Positions 31,226-39,553 of a stretch of DNA of 64,000 bases are shown in pieces. The number at the start of each line of letters is the position of its first letter. Within the stretch, counting starts at the first letter, position 1. The notes under the pieces were generated by a model. It was not told the origin of the DNA, searched no databases, and saw nothing but the letters and a program-made list of their open reading frames with translations. A program made the position numbers and the translations under genes. Source of the stretch: Roseicyclus sp. (lineage in GTDB: Bacteria; Pseudomonadota; Alphaproteobacteria; Rhodobacterales; Rhodobacteraceae); contig NZ_JAGYJN010000001.1 of NCBI RefSeq assembly GCF_018402035.1, positions 746,327-810,326 on the forward strand. The letters run 5' to 3'.

Positions 31226-31788
31226 AGCAGCTCCACCGCCTCTTTCATCTGATCCGCATTCACATCGATATACCGTTGTGTAGTCGAGATATGAGAATGC
31301 CCCGCAAGTGCAGCAAGCAAGCGCACACCTACTCCCTTGTTTGCCAATCTGGTAATATAGGTTCTGCGTCCCGAATGGCTTGAAGCATCTTTGAAGCCAC
31401 AGTTTTTCAAAATGTCCAAAAACAGCTGACACATTGTGTTTGGCGAGAAGTGACCGCCTTTCTGACTTTCAAACAAAGGACGCTCTAAATTGCTAAAGTT
31501 TTTATCCAATCCGTAGTCCTCTAATGCTTTTGCGAGACGTTTGTTGATAAACACGCTGCGCCGCTGCCCACCCTTGGTTTGGTCGCTCTCAAGCGTAAAC
31601 TGTTCACGTACACGACCTTCGGCGTCAAACACGTCGCCCAACTTGAGCGCTGCAATTTCTTTAGCGCGTAATCCCGCAAAAAAGCTTACCATGAAAATCG
31701 CCGTATCACGATTAGCGTGCCGTCTTGTGCGACAGTAGTGCAGCACCTTGCGAAACTGGGCTTCATTCAGTGTCTGTGCATGTCTCAT
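31222..31788 (-). CDS. small tyrosine recombinase (catalytic domain only, 188 aa)
   Basis: FFAGLRAKEIAAL (Arg), HSGRRTYITRL (H-x-x-R) and LAGHSHISTTQRYIDV (His, Tyr). It is convergent with the integrase and the two stop codons share TTAA at 31222-31225. Confidence 0.8.
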   Translation of the reverse strand: MRHAQTLNEAQFRKVLHYCRTRRHANRDTAIFMVSFFAGLRAKEIAALKLGDVFDAEGRVREQFTLESDQTKGGQRRSVFINKRLAKALEDYGLDKNFSNLERPLFESQKGGHFSPNTMCQLFLDILKNCGFKDASSHSGRRTYITRLANKGVGVRLLAALAGHSHISTTQRYIDVNADQMKEAVELL

Positions 31789-32122
31789 GGTATAAAATCC
31801 TTAAATCTCATCTTATCGCTATAAACACTATAAAGTCTGAGGTTTGGGTTGGGCGACCGGTTTCTGCCCCTACGATTACTGTATTTTAAAAGGCCAATTC
31901 GGCCAAAATCTCATGTTTTGTTAGGATTAAATGCAAATCGTGAGATTTGATTTTGACGCAACTTAAGGCGCCGCTGCATACATCAATAAAATCAATGAGT
32001 TATCCGATAATCTCATGAAATGTATATAACATGAGGTTTTGAACGCTGTACTTCGGCTCAAACGGCACATCTGTTTGTAAGCTCAAAGAACTAGAGTTCA
32101 GTGCACGTTGGTAGGCATAAAA

Positions 32123-32151
32123 TTGACACGACCTGTTCAACAGCATATTAT
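32123..32151 (+). promoter_or_regulatory. sigma70-like promoter for parDE
   Basis: TTGACA (32123-32128), a 17-nt spacer and TATTAT (32146-32151), 23 nt before the GGAGGG Shine-Dalgarno and ATG 32174. Confidence 0.5.
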
Positions 32152-32173
32152 AATCTCATATTTGGAGGGTACT

Positions 32174-32419
32174 ATGAGCCGCGCAACATCTATCATACTG
32201 GGTGAACACTTTGACACGCTGATTGCTCAACAGATGCAATCAGGGCGCTACAGCACCGCAAGCGAAGTCGTGCGGGATGCACTGCGTCTCTTTGAACAAC
32301 AACAAGTTGCGACGCAAAGATTGAGCGATGCAGTAGATAAAGGGTTCGCAAGCGGATTTACGGACGAAATTGATTGGAACGCTCTGGAAAAACGTGCTGA
32401 AAATACAAAAGCACGATGA
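32174..32419 (+). CDS. parD: type II antitoxin ParD
   Basis: MSRATSIILGEHFDTLIAQQMQSGRYSTASEVVRDALRLFEQQ is the characteristic ParD RHH N-terminus. ATG at 32174 has a GGAGGG Shine-Dalgarno. Confidence 0.85.
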   Translation: MSRATSIILGEHFDTLIAQQMQSGRYSTASEVVRDALRLFEQQQVATQRLSDAVDKGFASGFTDEIDWNALEKRAENTKAR

Positions 32420-32715
32420 AGCACGTCCAATACTCGAAAGAGTCCCTAAAGGATCTGGAAAATATAACTGATTACACCGCTCAAATGTGGGGCGCCAATC
32501 AGGCAAAGGTGTATCTCAAAGACATTCGGGACAAAGTACATCAAATTGCTAATGGCGAAGCAATTGTGCAGGTTCTGCACATTCCAAGGCCTGGAATGCT
32601 GAAGGTGCGTGTAAACCGACATATCGTTATTTTCGAGTCAACGGATGCTACAGTGAGAATAATCAGGATTTTACATGACTCGATGGATATTCCTCAGCAT
32701 CTAACGAGAAACTGA
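32416..32715 (+). CDS. parE: type II toxin ParE
   Basis: 99 aa, with an ATGA overlap to parD and a C-terminal RIIRILHDSMD. Confidence 0.8.
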   Translation: MKHVQYSKESLKDLENITDYTAQMWGANQAKVYLKDIRDKVHQIANGEAIVQVLHIPRPGMLKVRVNRHIVIFESTDATVRIIRILHDSMDIPQHLTRN

Positions 32716-32828
32716 AAGACTATAAAATACGCAGGAGGAGAACATTTTTCAGGGAGCAGTGCAATTGAACTTCTGCTGTTCTTTATGTACCGAGCATCCA
32801 CCAGCCCTTTAACTTCTGAGTATTTTCC

Positions 32829-33650
32829 ATGACCAAACTCCGCAAAGCAGTTTTCCCCGTCGCTGGTTTTGGCACAAGGTTTTTACCTGCGACCAAAGCC
32901 ATGCCGAAAGAATTGCTGCCCATCGTGGACAAGCCTCTGATCCAATACGCCGCTGAAGAAGCCATTGCTGCGGGCATTGACACGCTGATCTTCGTAACCG
33001 GCCGCAACAAGCGCGCCATTGAGGATCATTTTGACAACAACCAAGAGCTCGAAATGGCTCTGCGCGCCAAAGGCAAAAATGAACAAGCCGACATGGTCAA
33101 AAACATACTGCCCGCGGGTGTGGAATGCATCTTTGTGCGTCAGCCGGAACAACTTGGTCTTGGCCACGCTGTGCTTTGTGCGGAACGTGCTGTAGGTAAT
33201 GATCCGTTTGCCGTTTTGCTCGCAGATGACTTTCTCACATATGAAGGCGCAGGTGTGACTGCTGATCTTGCACGCGCATTTGCAACATCTGGCAAGACGC
33301 AACTCAGTGTAATGGAAGTCAACGGTCCTGATATTTCCAAGTATGGAGTTGTTGTGCCAAATGGCGCGCCAGGATCAGTGGCAGGTCTTGTTGAAAAACC
33401 CGATGCTGACAAAGCCCCTTCGAACCTTGCTAGCATTGGCCGCTATGTCCTGACCCCGGACATCTTTGATATCTTGCGCAATCAACCCGCAGGAGCTGGT
33501 GGAGAAATCCAACTGGCAGATGCCATCAACACACAAGCCGCTAAAGATGCAGTGGAAGCCGTCACGCTCAATGGACGCCGGTTTGATTGCGGCAGTGTAC
33601 AAGGGTACTTGGATGCCATCATGCATGTGGCTGATCGTAGAACGCGCTGA
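32829..33650 (+). CDS. galU: UTP--glucose-1-phosphate uridylyltransferase
   Basis: KAVFPVAGFGTRFLPATKAMPKELLPIVDKPLIQY and VEKP motifs; 273 aa. Confidence 0.9.
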   Translation: MTKLRKAVFPVAGFGTRFLPATKAMPKELLPIVDKPLIQYAAEEAIAAGIDTLIFVTGRNKRAIEDHFDNNQELEMALRAKGKNEQADMVKNILPAGVECIFVRQPEQLGLGHAVLCAERAVGNDPFAVLLADDFLTYEGAGVTADLARAFATSGKTQLSVMEVNGPDISKYGVVVPNGAPGSVAGLVEKPDADKAPSNLASIGRYVLTPDIFDILRNQPAGAGGEIQLADAINTQAAKDAVEAVTLNGRRFDCGSVQGYLDAIMHVADRRTR

Positions 33651-34305
33651 TCATTTAGTCAGAGCTGTTCCAACCCTATAGTGTTTGTCATCTATCAAGC
33701 TCAGCTTCGCCGAGCTGACTATCGCTGTTTGTTCATTCGCTTGCGCTCAATCACAAACACCTTCAGTCATGTATTTCCAACTTGATAAGCTCAAACAGCT
33801 TTTGTGATTTTGAATTTATATACTTGGGATCTCATCCAGATTGTGCAGTCATACCAAGGCTTACTGCAGCCTTGGTATGACGATGACCTCATCCGAGTTG
33901 CTACCGTCTGTCATGAGCGCAACCTTGTTAAAGGAAGCTGGGGTTACTCTGTCAGCTTTACGCGCCACCTTTTCAGCAACGCACCCTAGTGCATCCAAAG
34001 CCATGACAAACAGTGGATGCGGGCGTGGGGTTCTCATTTGAGCCTTGTATTCCCACTCCTGCCGTTTTTTTGCTTGGGCGCTCTACGACAAAAAGCGCCA
34101 GTTGTTTTATTAGCAGCTCGGCATAAACTGCTTGGCGTCCCTAACATCCACCGCCACAGCGTGACCTGTGTTCGGATCTTCCTGGGGCATCTTCCGATGC
34201 ATAGAGCCTGTTACCGATGCGTGAGGCATGTCCAACTATTCCATCCTACACGTTTATTTATCACGAGACGCAGAAAACCGGCTCAAAAGCGGTTTAAACG
34301 CAAAA

Positions 34306-34334
34306 TTGACGTTATAACGTTTTGATGCTATAGT
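34306..34334 (+). promoter_or_regulatory. sigma70-like promoter with embedded palindromic operator for the RHH/RelE module
   Basis: TTGACG (34306-34311), a 17-nt spacer and TATAGT (34329-34334). The perfect 12-bp palindrome ACGTTATAACGT at 34309-34320 overlaps the -35 element and spacer. AGGAGA Shine-Dalgarno at 34348. Confidence 0.55.
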
Positions 34335-34360
34335 GCTCGTGACAACTAGGAGACATCCTC

Positions 34361-34594
34361 ATGGCTCAATTATCACAACGTTCAACCATTTATTTTGACC
34401 CGAACATGCACAAAGCACTTAGACTCAAGGCTGCGCAAGAGAACCGTTCTGTATCGGATATCGTTAATGAAGCTGTGAGCTTGCTTGCTGCAGAAGATGC
34501 AGAAGATATCGCTGAATATGATGCACGCAAAAATGAGCCGTCAATGGACTATTCGAGCTTTGTAAGTGAACTGAAGAATGACGGAATTATATAG
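34361..34594 (+). CDS. type II antitoxin, ribbon-helix-helix (CopG/RelB-like)
   Basis: 77 aa (STIYFDPNMHKALRLKAAQENRSVSDIVNEAV), overlapping the downstream toxin by 17 nt. Confidence 0.7.
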   Translation: MAQLSQRSTIYFDPNMHKALRLKAAQENRSVSDIVNEAVSLLAAEDAEDIAEYDARKNEPSMDYSSFVSELKNDGII

Positions 34595-34838
34595 CATCCG
34601 TTTCAAGTCGTCGGTCAAGAAAGACTTGCGATCCATCCCAAAGCAAGATGTGCTACGAATATTAAATGCTCTAGAGCATCTTGCTCAAGATCCGCGCCCG
34701 ATAAATTCAAAACCATTAACAGGGCGTGACGGATGGAGAATTCGCGTGGGACAATATCGCGCCATCTATACCATCAATGAGCAGGAAATCATTATTGAGG
34801 TCGTAAAGATAGGGCATCGCAAAAACGTTTATAGATAA
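34578..34838 (+). CDS. type II toxin, RelE/StbE family
   Basis: 86 aa (IRFKSSVKKDLRSIPKQDVLRILNALEHLAQDPRP...GWRIRVGQYRAIYTINEQEIIIEVVKIGHRKNVY). Confidence 0.8.
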   Translation: MTELYSIRFKSSVKKDLRSIPKQDVLRILNALEHLAQDPRPINSKPLTGRDGWRIRVGQYRAIYTINEQEIIIEVVKIGHRKNVYR

Positions 34839-34841
34839 GCC

Positions 34842-35576
34842 TTATTCCAATTCCTCTACAAACAGATCACCATAACGCTTTTTAAATAAGCGCAGCGCTG
34901 GATCAAATGATCCACTGAGTTCACAAAGCGTAAAGACATGTGCATCTGCAATACTCTTGTTTTGCAGCGCATTGTCGAGAATACTGGGCAGTCGTTTTTG
35001 GATATTTTCCATTTGCTCATGGGTATAATGCTGTTGCGCGAGAAACCTCGCAAACTTGAGCCATGGCATAAGAGGGTCTAGGTCTTGTACAATTTGCGCA
35101 TAAGAATGTCGCAACATCGTATCTGTCATGCCATCAACAGTGAAATTATCAAATCCCGTTGTTAAAAAACAGACTAAGAGACCATCGTATACCATCTCAA
35201 ATTCTAGGTCTGAATGTCCTGTGAGCGCGTAATCAACTTGGTCCATGAGACTGCTTGAGAACTGCGCACGCAAGATGTTCTCAATCTGACTAGGTAGATG
35301 AATGCGCAGCCCAACACGCGACACATAATGGTCATATTCTTTGTGCTTTAAATATGCGGCTTCAATAGGAACGAGATCGCAATCAAATTGAAAATGCTGA
35401 GGCGTTGGTGCGACTTCATAGCCTAGAATTTGGCTCCCGCCTTCATTAGCTAAAGATGCAATCTGATTAGGATCTGTGTGGATACCAATTTCAGTATCAC
35501 ACAGACCTGCTAAGCATTGCACGATTTCTACAATGCAAGCCTCAAAAGCCTTTCTGTCTGAATTATGTTCCATCAC
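34842..35576 (-). CDS. hypothetical protein, gene 4 of the AAA+ operon (244 aa)
   Basis: Long ORF in 40%-GC DNA. Its ATG overlaps the upstream stop (ATGA at 35573-35576). I recognised no motif. Confidence 0.7.
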   Translation of the reverse strand: MMEHNSDRKAFEACIVEIVQCLAGLCDTEIGIHTDPNQIASLANEGGSQILGYEVAPTPQHFQFDCDLVPIEAAYLKHKEYDHYVSRVGLRIHLPSQIENILRAQFSSSLMDQVDYALTGHSDLEFEMVYDGLLVCFLTTGFDNFTVDGMTDTMLRHSYAQIVQDLDPLMPWLKFARFLAQQHYTHEQMENIQKRLPSILDNALQNKSIADAHVFTLCELSGSFDPALRLFKKRYGDLFVEELE

Positions 35577-36304
35577 TCGTTCAGCTTTGCTTCACAAAGA
35601 CACCGAATAATATCGCGCTTTACCGGATACTGAAACTTGAAGAGCTTTTTGTAGAACGCCTGCGCTTCCCCATCCTTACGCCTGCCATACTCTGGTTGCT
35701 TTGCATATCTGAGCTCGCTTTTATACAGCTTCAGAAACTCTGCATGATATTCGTCGCGCAACTCATGCAGTAGGCTATAGTCTGGCTTTAGTTCTAAAAG
35801 TTGATCAATAAAGCACAGGTTTTGAGCCCATTCATGATAGCGGTTAGTAATACGATCGGGCAATGCGAGCATCAGCATGAGTGCACGTTTGCTACCCGTA
35901 TCTTGCACTCCTTTTGGCAAAGTAAGTTTTTCATGTGGAAGTACGGGTGTGAAGCCGGCTTCAATTTGGCGCAATTTTACATGAATTAAATTGCTCTTTT
36001 GATTGCTGGGGAATTTATACCCCCAGAAGCGATTGTAATGTCTTCGCACGGCTGGGTGTCCAGGGGAAGGATTTCTAGAGTATCCGTCTAATAGGAAGTT
36101 GTGATGGAGACTCGACTCGAGAGCTAGATTTTCCTGCTCATTTTTGTGCATTAATAAACCGCGCACGCGATCAAAAACGTCAGTGTGTCGTAGTGCGCGA
36201 ACCTTTACATCAAATCCACACTGATCGAGAAACCATAAGAAATCAGTTTGTTCAGGCGACATCTCCAGCTCGTAGAGACCTTTTTCGTCAAATAAATCTT
36301 TCAT
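35573..36304 (-). CDS. hypothetical protein, gene 3 of the AAA+ operon (243 aa)
   Basis: The ATG at 36304..36302 overlaps the stop of the ATPase gene (TGATG). The ORF-track start at 36364 is probably too long. No recognisable motif. Confidence 0.7.
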   Translation of the reverse strand: MKDLFDEKGLYELEMSPEQTDFLWFLDQCGFDVKVRALRHTDVFDRVRGLLMHKNEQENLALESSLHHNFLLDGYSRNPSPGHPAVRRHYNRFWGYKFPSNQKSNLIHVKLRQIEAGFTPVLPHEKLTLPKGVQDTGSKRALMLMLALPDRITNRYHEWAQNLCFIDQLLELKPDYSLLHELRDEYHAEFLKLYKSELRYAKQPEYGRRKDGEAQAFYKKLFKFQYPVKRDIIRCLCEAKLNE

Positions 36305-36984
36305 CAGAGAGCCCTCCTTGAAGAATGTGATGTGATTGGCGCCGGTGACTGTGCGGTGCGCCATCCGATCACGGTCTCCTCCAACAAATCGATCAAATCT
36401 CGAGCACTGCCTTCAAAACTTTGGAGCATGAGTGCAACGTCTTGAGTGGATGGCGACATGCCTTCGTCTTCTAGAATAGCTTTTGCACGAGGCACCCAGT
36501 CTTGGTTTGTTGGTGGGGTAAGATCTACAACGCGAAACCTGCTTAGGATGGCACCGAGTATCCGCGATTTGTGATTGGTCGTAGCAATGAAGCGGATGTA
36601 AGAGCGCTTTGCATCCATGAAGTCACGAAACAAGGGTTGCTGCGTGCGAAGATCTAGCGTGTCGATTTCGTTAATAACAACAAGAGCTTTGTCCGGGTTT
36701 CCAAAGAGCTGGAAATTAGCCTCTGCCATAATTTGTGACTGCAGGTCTTTTCCTGAACTTCCCCCATTAAATTCCCAGGTCATGTTCTGGATGTTTTTGG
36801 TTTTAAAGTAAGTCTGTGCAATCACACGCGCGGCTTCGGTTTTTCCAGCGCCTGGCGGTCCCACGAGTAATAGGGGCTTTGAGGGTATAGCAGTACAGTA
36901 TTGCTTTATGATGCCTGCGTTCAGCGGATCAGCGATAACGAGATCGTTAAATGCGGATGGAAGGTGTTTAAGATCAAAGGACAT
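36304..36984 (-). CDS. small AAA+ ATPase, clamp-loader (RFC/DnaX)-like
   Basis: Walker A LLLVGPPGAGKTEA, Walker B ALVVINEIDTL, sensor-1 region FIATTNH, an SRC-like arginine-finger motif ILSRFRVVDL, and GSARDLIDLL resembling the DnaX/RFC sensor-2 helix. ATG at 36984 is preceded by GGAGGC. Only about 226 aa, so the usual collar domain is missing. Confidence 0.75.
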   Translation of the reverse strand: MSFDLKHLPSAFNDLVIADPLNAGIIKQYCTAIPSKPLLLVGPPGAGKTEAARVIAQTYFKTKNIQNMTWEFNGGSSGKDLQSQIMAEANFQLFGNPDKALVVINEIDTLDLRTQQPLFRDFMDAKRSYIRFIATTNHKSRILGAILSRFRVVDLTPPTNQDWVPRAKAILEDEGMSPSTQDVALMLQSFEGSARDLIDLLEETVIGWRTAQSPAPITSHSSRRAL

Positions 36985-37043
36985 GTTTGCCTCCATGAGA
37001 GAAAGGGAAAAGGGCAACTCGAAAGCCGCCCTTTCGTTTCGCC

Positions 37044-37862
37044 TTAGCCGTAATGCGGGGTCACAGCCCCGTTTGTGCGGAGTGCGCCACCGTTAACAGT
37101 TGCATTTGGCATCGAGCTCACAGTGATCATTTTGGAGGTAAATTCGCGGACATCGCGTGCACGCCGTTCTGCAAGATCACCGGCATCAACCTGCGCTTTG
37201 CTATCCTGAGCGCGCTGATCCAGATCTTTGCCGGAAGATACTAGGACTGCGTCAATGACACCTGCTTCGTTGCAACCGTAGACGATTGTACCTGTGCCAT
37301 CATCGTGACAGCGCACAAGAGCAACCGCATAATCTTCTTCATAGTCTGTATTTGGTTGAATGAAGGTAGGAAGCTCAAATGTGCTGACCCCGACCTGGAC
37401 ATCTGCCAGGCCATCAAGCGCTAGCTTTTTATAATCATCCTTGCTCATTATGCTGGCTTTTTGTGCCTTAGGAACTCGGCGCACCTCTTCAATGCCGCCA
37501 CATTCTTGCACATAGCTGGTGAAGCTTTGATCTGGACCTTTCATGTCGTGGGCGATCGCAATCACGCGGGCGTAAGAGTCCTCACGCCGACCTACTTTAC
37601 CAAAGACATAGCGAATGACCTTCAGTGCTAAGCTGGTATTTGCCTGAGTTTTTAGATCCAAATCTGTAAGCAGTGAGGCAAAGGCACGACGCTTGCCTAC
37701 TTCGGCCTTCAACTCAGAATAAAGTGCGTAGATTTGCTCCAAGATTGCATAGAGCTCAGTTGTGGCGGCACGCATTGTGCCTTCTTCCCAGACCACGCGC
37801 GCGGCGGACATTTGCTCGAGGCGTGTATGGATGTCGTGTTTGATTTGAGATTGAACTGACAT
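37044..37862 (-). CDS. hypothetical protein, gene 1 of the AAA+ operon (272 aa)
   Basis: Long ORF with a helical N-terminal half and a mixed C-terminal half. No recognisable motif. Confidence 0.7.
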   Translation of the reverse strand: MSVQSQIKHDIHTRLEQMSAARVVWEEGTMRAATTELYAILEQIYALYSELKAEVGKRRAFASLLTDLDLKTQANTSLALKVIRYVFGKVGRREDSYARVIAIAHDMKGPDQSFTSYVQECGGIEEVRRVPKAQKASIMSKDDYKKLALDGLADVQVGVSTFELPTFIQPNTDYEEDYAVALVRCHDDGTGTIVYGCNEAGVIDAVLVSSGKDLDQRAQDSKAQVDAGDLAERRARDVREFTSKMITVSSMPNATVNGGALRTNGAVTPHYG

Positions 37863-38072
37863 TGGTTTTTCCTTTCAGAACATTTGATTGGAACCCCTGA
37901 AAACACAGGGGTGGTTGCAAACTCTGATGCTGGATGACGCTTCATGACACAAAGTTAAGGTGAACAGTCATTTGCGGGCATGTAGGCTCAAACAAGCACA
38001 GAATGAGACTCACGCTATCGACTTTGAACCTTGAAAAACTAAAACCATATACATCATGAAGGAGATGGTTTT

Positions 38073-38840
38073 ATGGTCTACGACGCGACCATTGAGCTGC
38101 AATCGCCACTGAGCTTTATGACAGCTCCGCCAAATATAGACGATTTAAAAGGCACGAGATTCCGTGAGCCCAGAAATTCGCCCTATAAAGATGCACCTGC
38201 CTTCATGGCCTCGCTTTATTACTGGTGGTGGGCTTTCTTACGGCGCAACACCGCATACAAACGCACATGCCGCCAAAGTGGCAATGGAAGACTGGGGTGG
38301 CTTTATAATGATTTTGGGAATGTTTTTGGCAATGACTTCTTATCTTGGTGGCGAAGCCATCAATTGCTCTTTGCAGAACAGAATAAAGTAATGCCAGAAG
38401 AAGCAGGCATTGGCCTGAACTACTGGCTTGATCCTCGCAAACCCTTCAATCAGATCCACGAAGAGACTAAAGCGCTGCACTTACGCGCACATTCACTTTT
38501 AAAAAATAATGAATCTACGCGTGCTTCCTCAGCACGTTACCCAATCTATAAAAATGTCTCTTCACACACACTGCACAAAACACTGACACTCTGGGATCTG
38601 CACCTGTATTATCCCGATATGTCAAAATACGACTTAGGTGTAAAAGCGGGGCTTAAGCCTAATCTTATGCCTGAGACCAAATATGGTGAAAGGCGGACCA
38701 AACAGGCGATGCAGGTCAAAGCACACAATCACCGTGCGCGCACAAGCATTGCTAATCAGACCAGTCGATATCTACGCACAGCGCGGCAGTATATTGAGAA
38801 TGTCGGCAAGGGTGAGTTTCCAAAATCTGTGGGCCGTTAA
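38073..38840 (+). CDS. hypothetical protein with a FLRRN-type motif (possible DUF6499-like regulator domain)
   Basis: 255 aa. ASLYYWWWAFLRRNTAYKR resembles the W..FLRRNP.Y signature I associate with DUF6499/FseA-type ICE activators. This is recollection only. AGGAGA Shine-Dalgarno upstream. Confidence 0.55.
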   Translation: MVYDATIELQSPLSFMTAPPNIDDLKGTRFREPRNSPYKDAPAFMASLYYWWWAFLRRNTAYKRTCRQSGNGRLGWLYNDFGNVFGNDFLSWWRSHQLLFAEQNKVMPEEAGIGLNYWLDPRKPFNQIHEETKALHLRAHSLLKNNESTRASSARYPIYKNVSSHTLHKTLTLWDLHLYYPDMSKYDLGVKAGLKPNLMPETKYGERRTKQAMQVKAHNHRARTSIANQTSRYLRTARQYIENVGKGEFPKSVGR

Positions 38841-38869
38841 AACAAGTGCAAACAACCTTAGAGTGCATT

Positions 38870-39000
38870 TTATCCACAGGTTCGCTAATCAAACACTGTG
38901 TTTGCAACAGTACTGTTTGCCCATTTTGCTCAAACAGTACTGTTGGGTCACTTGTAAATAAATGCCATGTTAACATGCAGTGTTTGCCTACACATCAATA
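38870..39000 (+). repeat. 131-bp palindrome-dense module, copy 2
   Basis: 128/131 identical to 28908-29038. AACAGTACTGTT occurs at 38906-38917 and 38933-38944. Confidence 0.85.
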
Positions 39001-39106
39001 AGTAGAACATAGCACACCTTTAAGGTGTATTCCTCATAAAAACAGATGTTTAAGTGATAAATAACTGTGAGGCAGGTCCTCCTGCCCAACAGTTGAGGAA
39101 TTTTAG

Positions 39107-39433
39107 ATGTCACGACATATTTTAGAAACAGCGCGCCGCGAACTTATCTCTGCAGGACTTGTGCAGCATTCCACGGAGTTTTGCCGCGCTTGGCTTGGGA
39201 AAAGTGAATGTTACCTGCGAACTTTGCGCATTCAAAACATTGACCCAAGCGCAGACGCACTTTCAACCTTTGCGAGTAAATTACGCTATTATGCAGAACG
39301 TCTTGAGCAGACTGGAGAAAGCAACCATCTAGCCCTGGCACGCTTGCTAAGAAAACATCAAAAATTAAGCGAGGGCGCCCTAGACCAAAAAGCGCGTCAT
39401 AAGTGGATGCAGCCCGAGAGGATGGGTCTATGA
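39107..39433 (+). CDS. hypothetical small protein (108 aa)
   Basis: The ORF is preceded by GAGGAA. No motif recognised. It lies 107 bp downstream of repeat copy 2. Confidence 0.5.
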   Translation: MSRHILETARRELISAGLVQHSTEFCRAWLGKSECYLRTLRIQNIDPSADALSTFASKLRYYAERLEQTGESNHLALARLLRKHQKLSEGALDQKARHKWMQPERMGL

Positions 39434-39553
39434 CAGCGCTCGAAATGGGTCTTGCAGCTAAAAAATTTGCACTGCGGTTTTTTCTAGGGAAGTACTTATC
39501 AGTTCTGGGTGGTGATTTTGCGCCACCCCAGTATGTAAACCTAGGAGCTGCTC

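Noticed and set aside
33804-34325. Three short plus-strand ORFs (61, 66 and 102 aa) in the galU-to-RHH gap
   Set aside because: They overlap one another in different frames, lack Shine-Dalgarno sequences and have no recognisable features. I treated the interval as non-coding or decayed.
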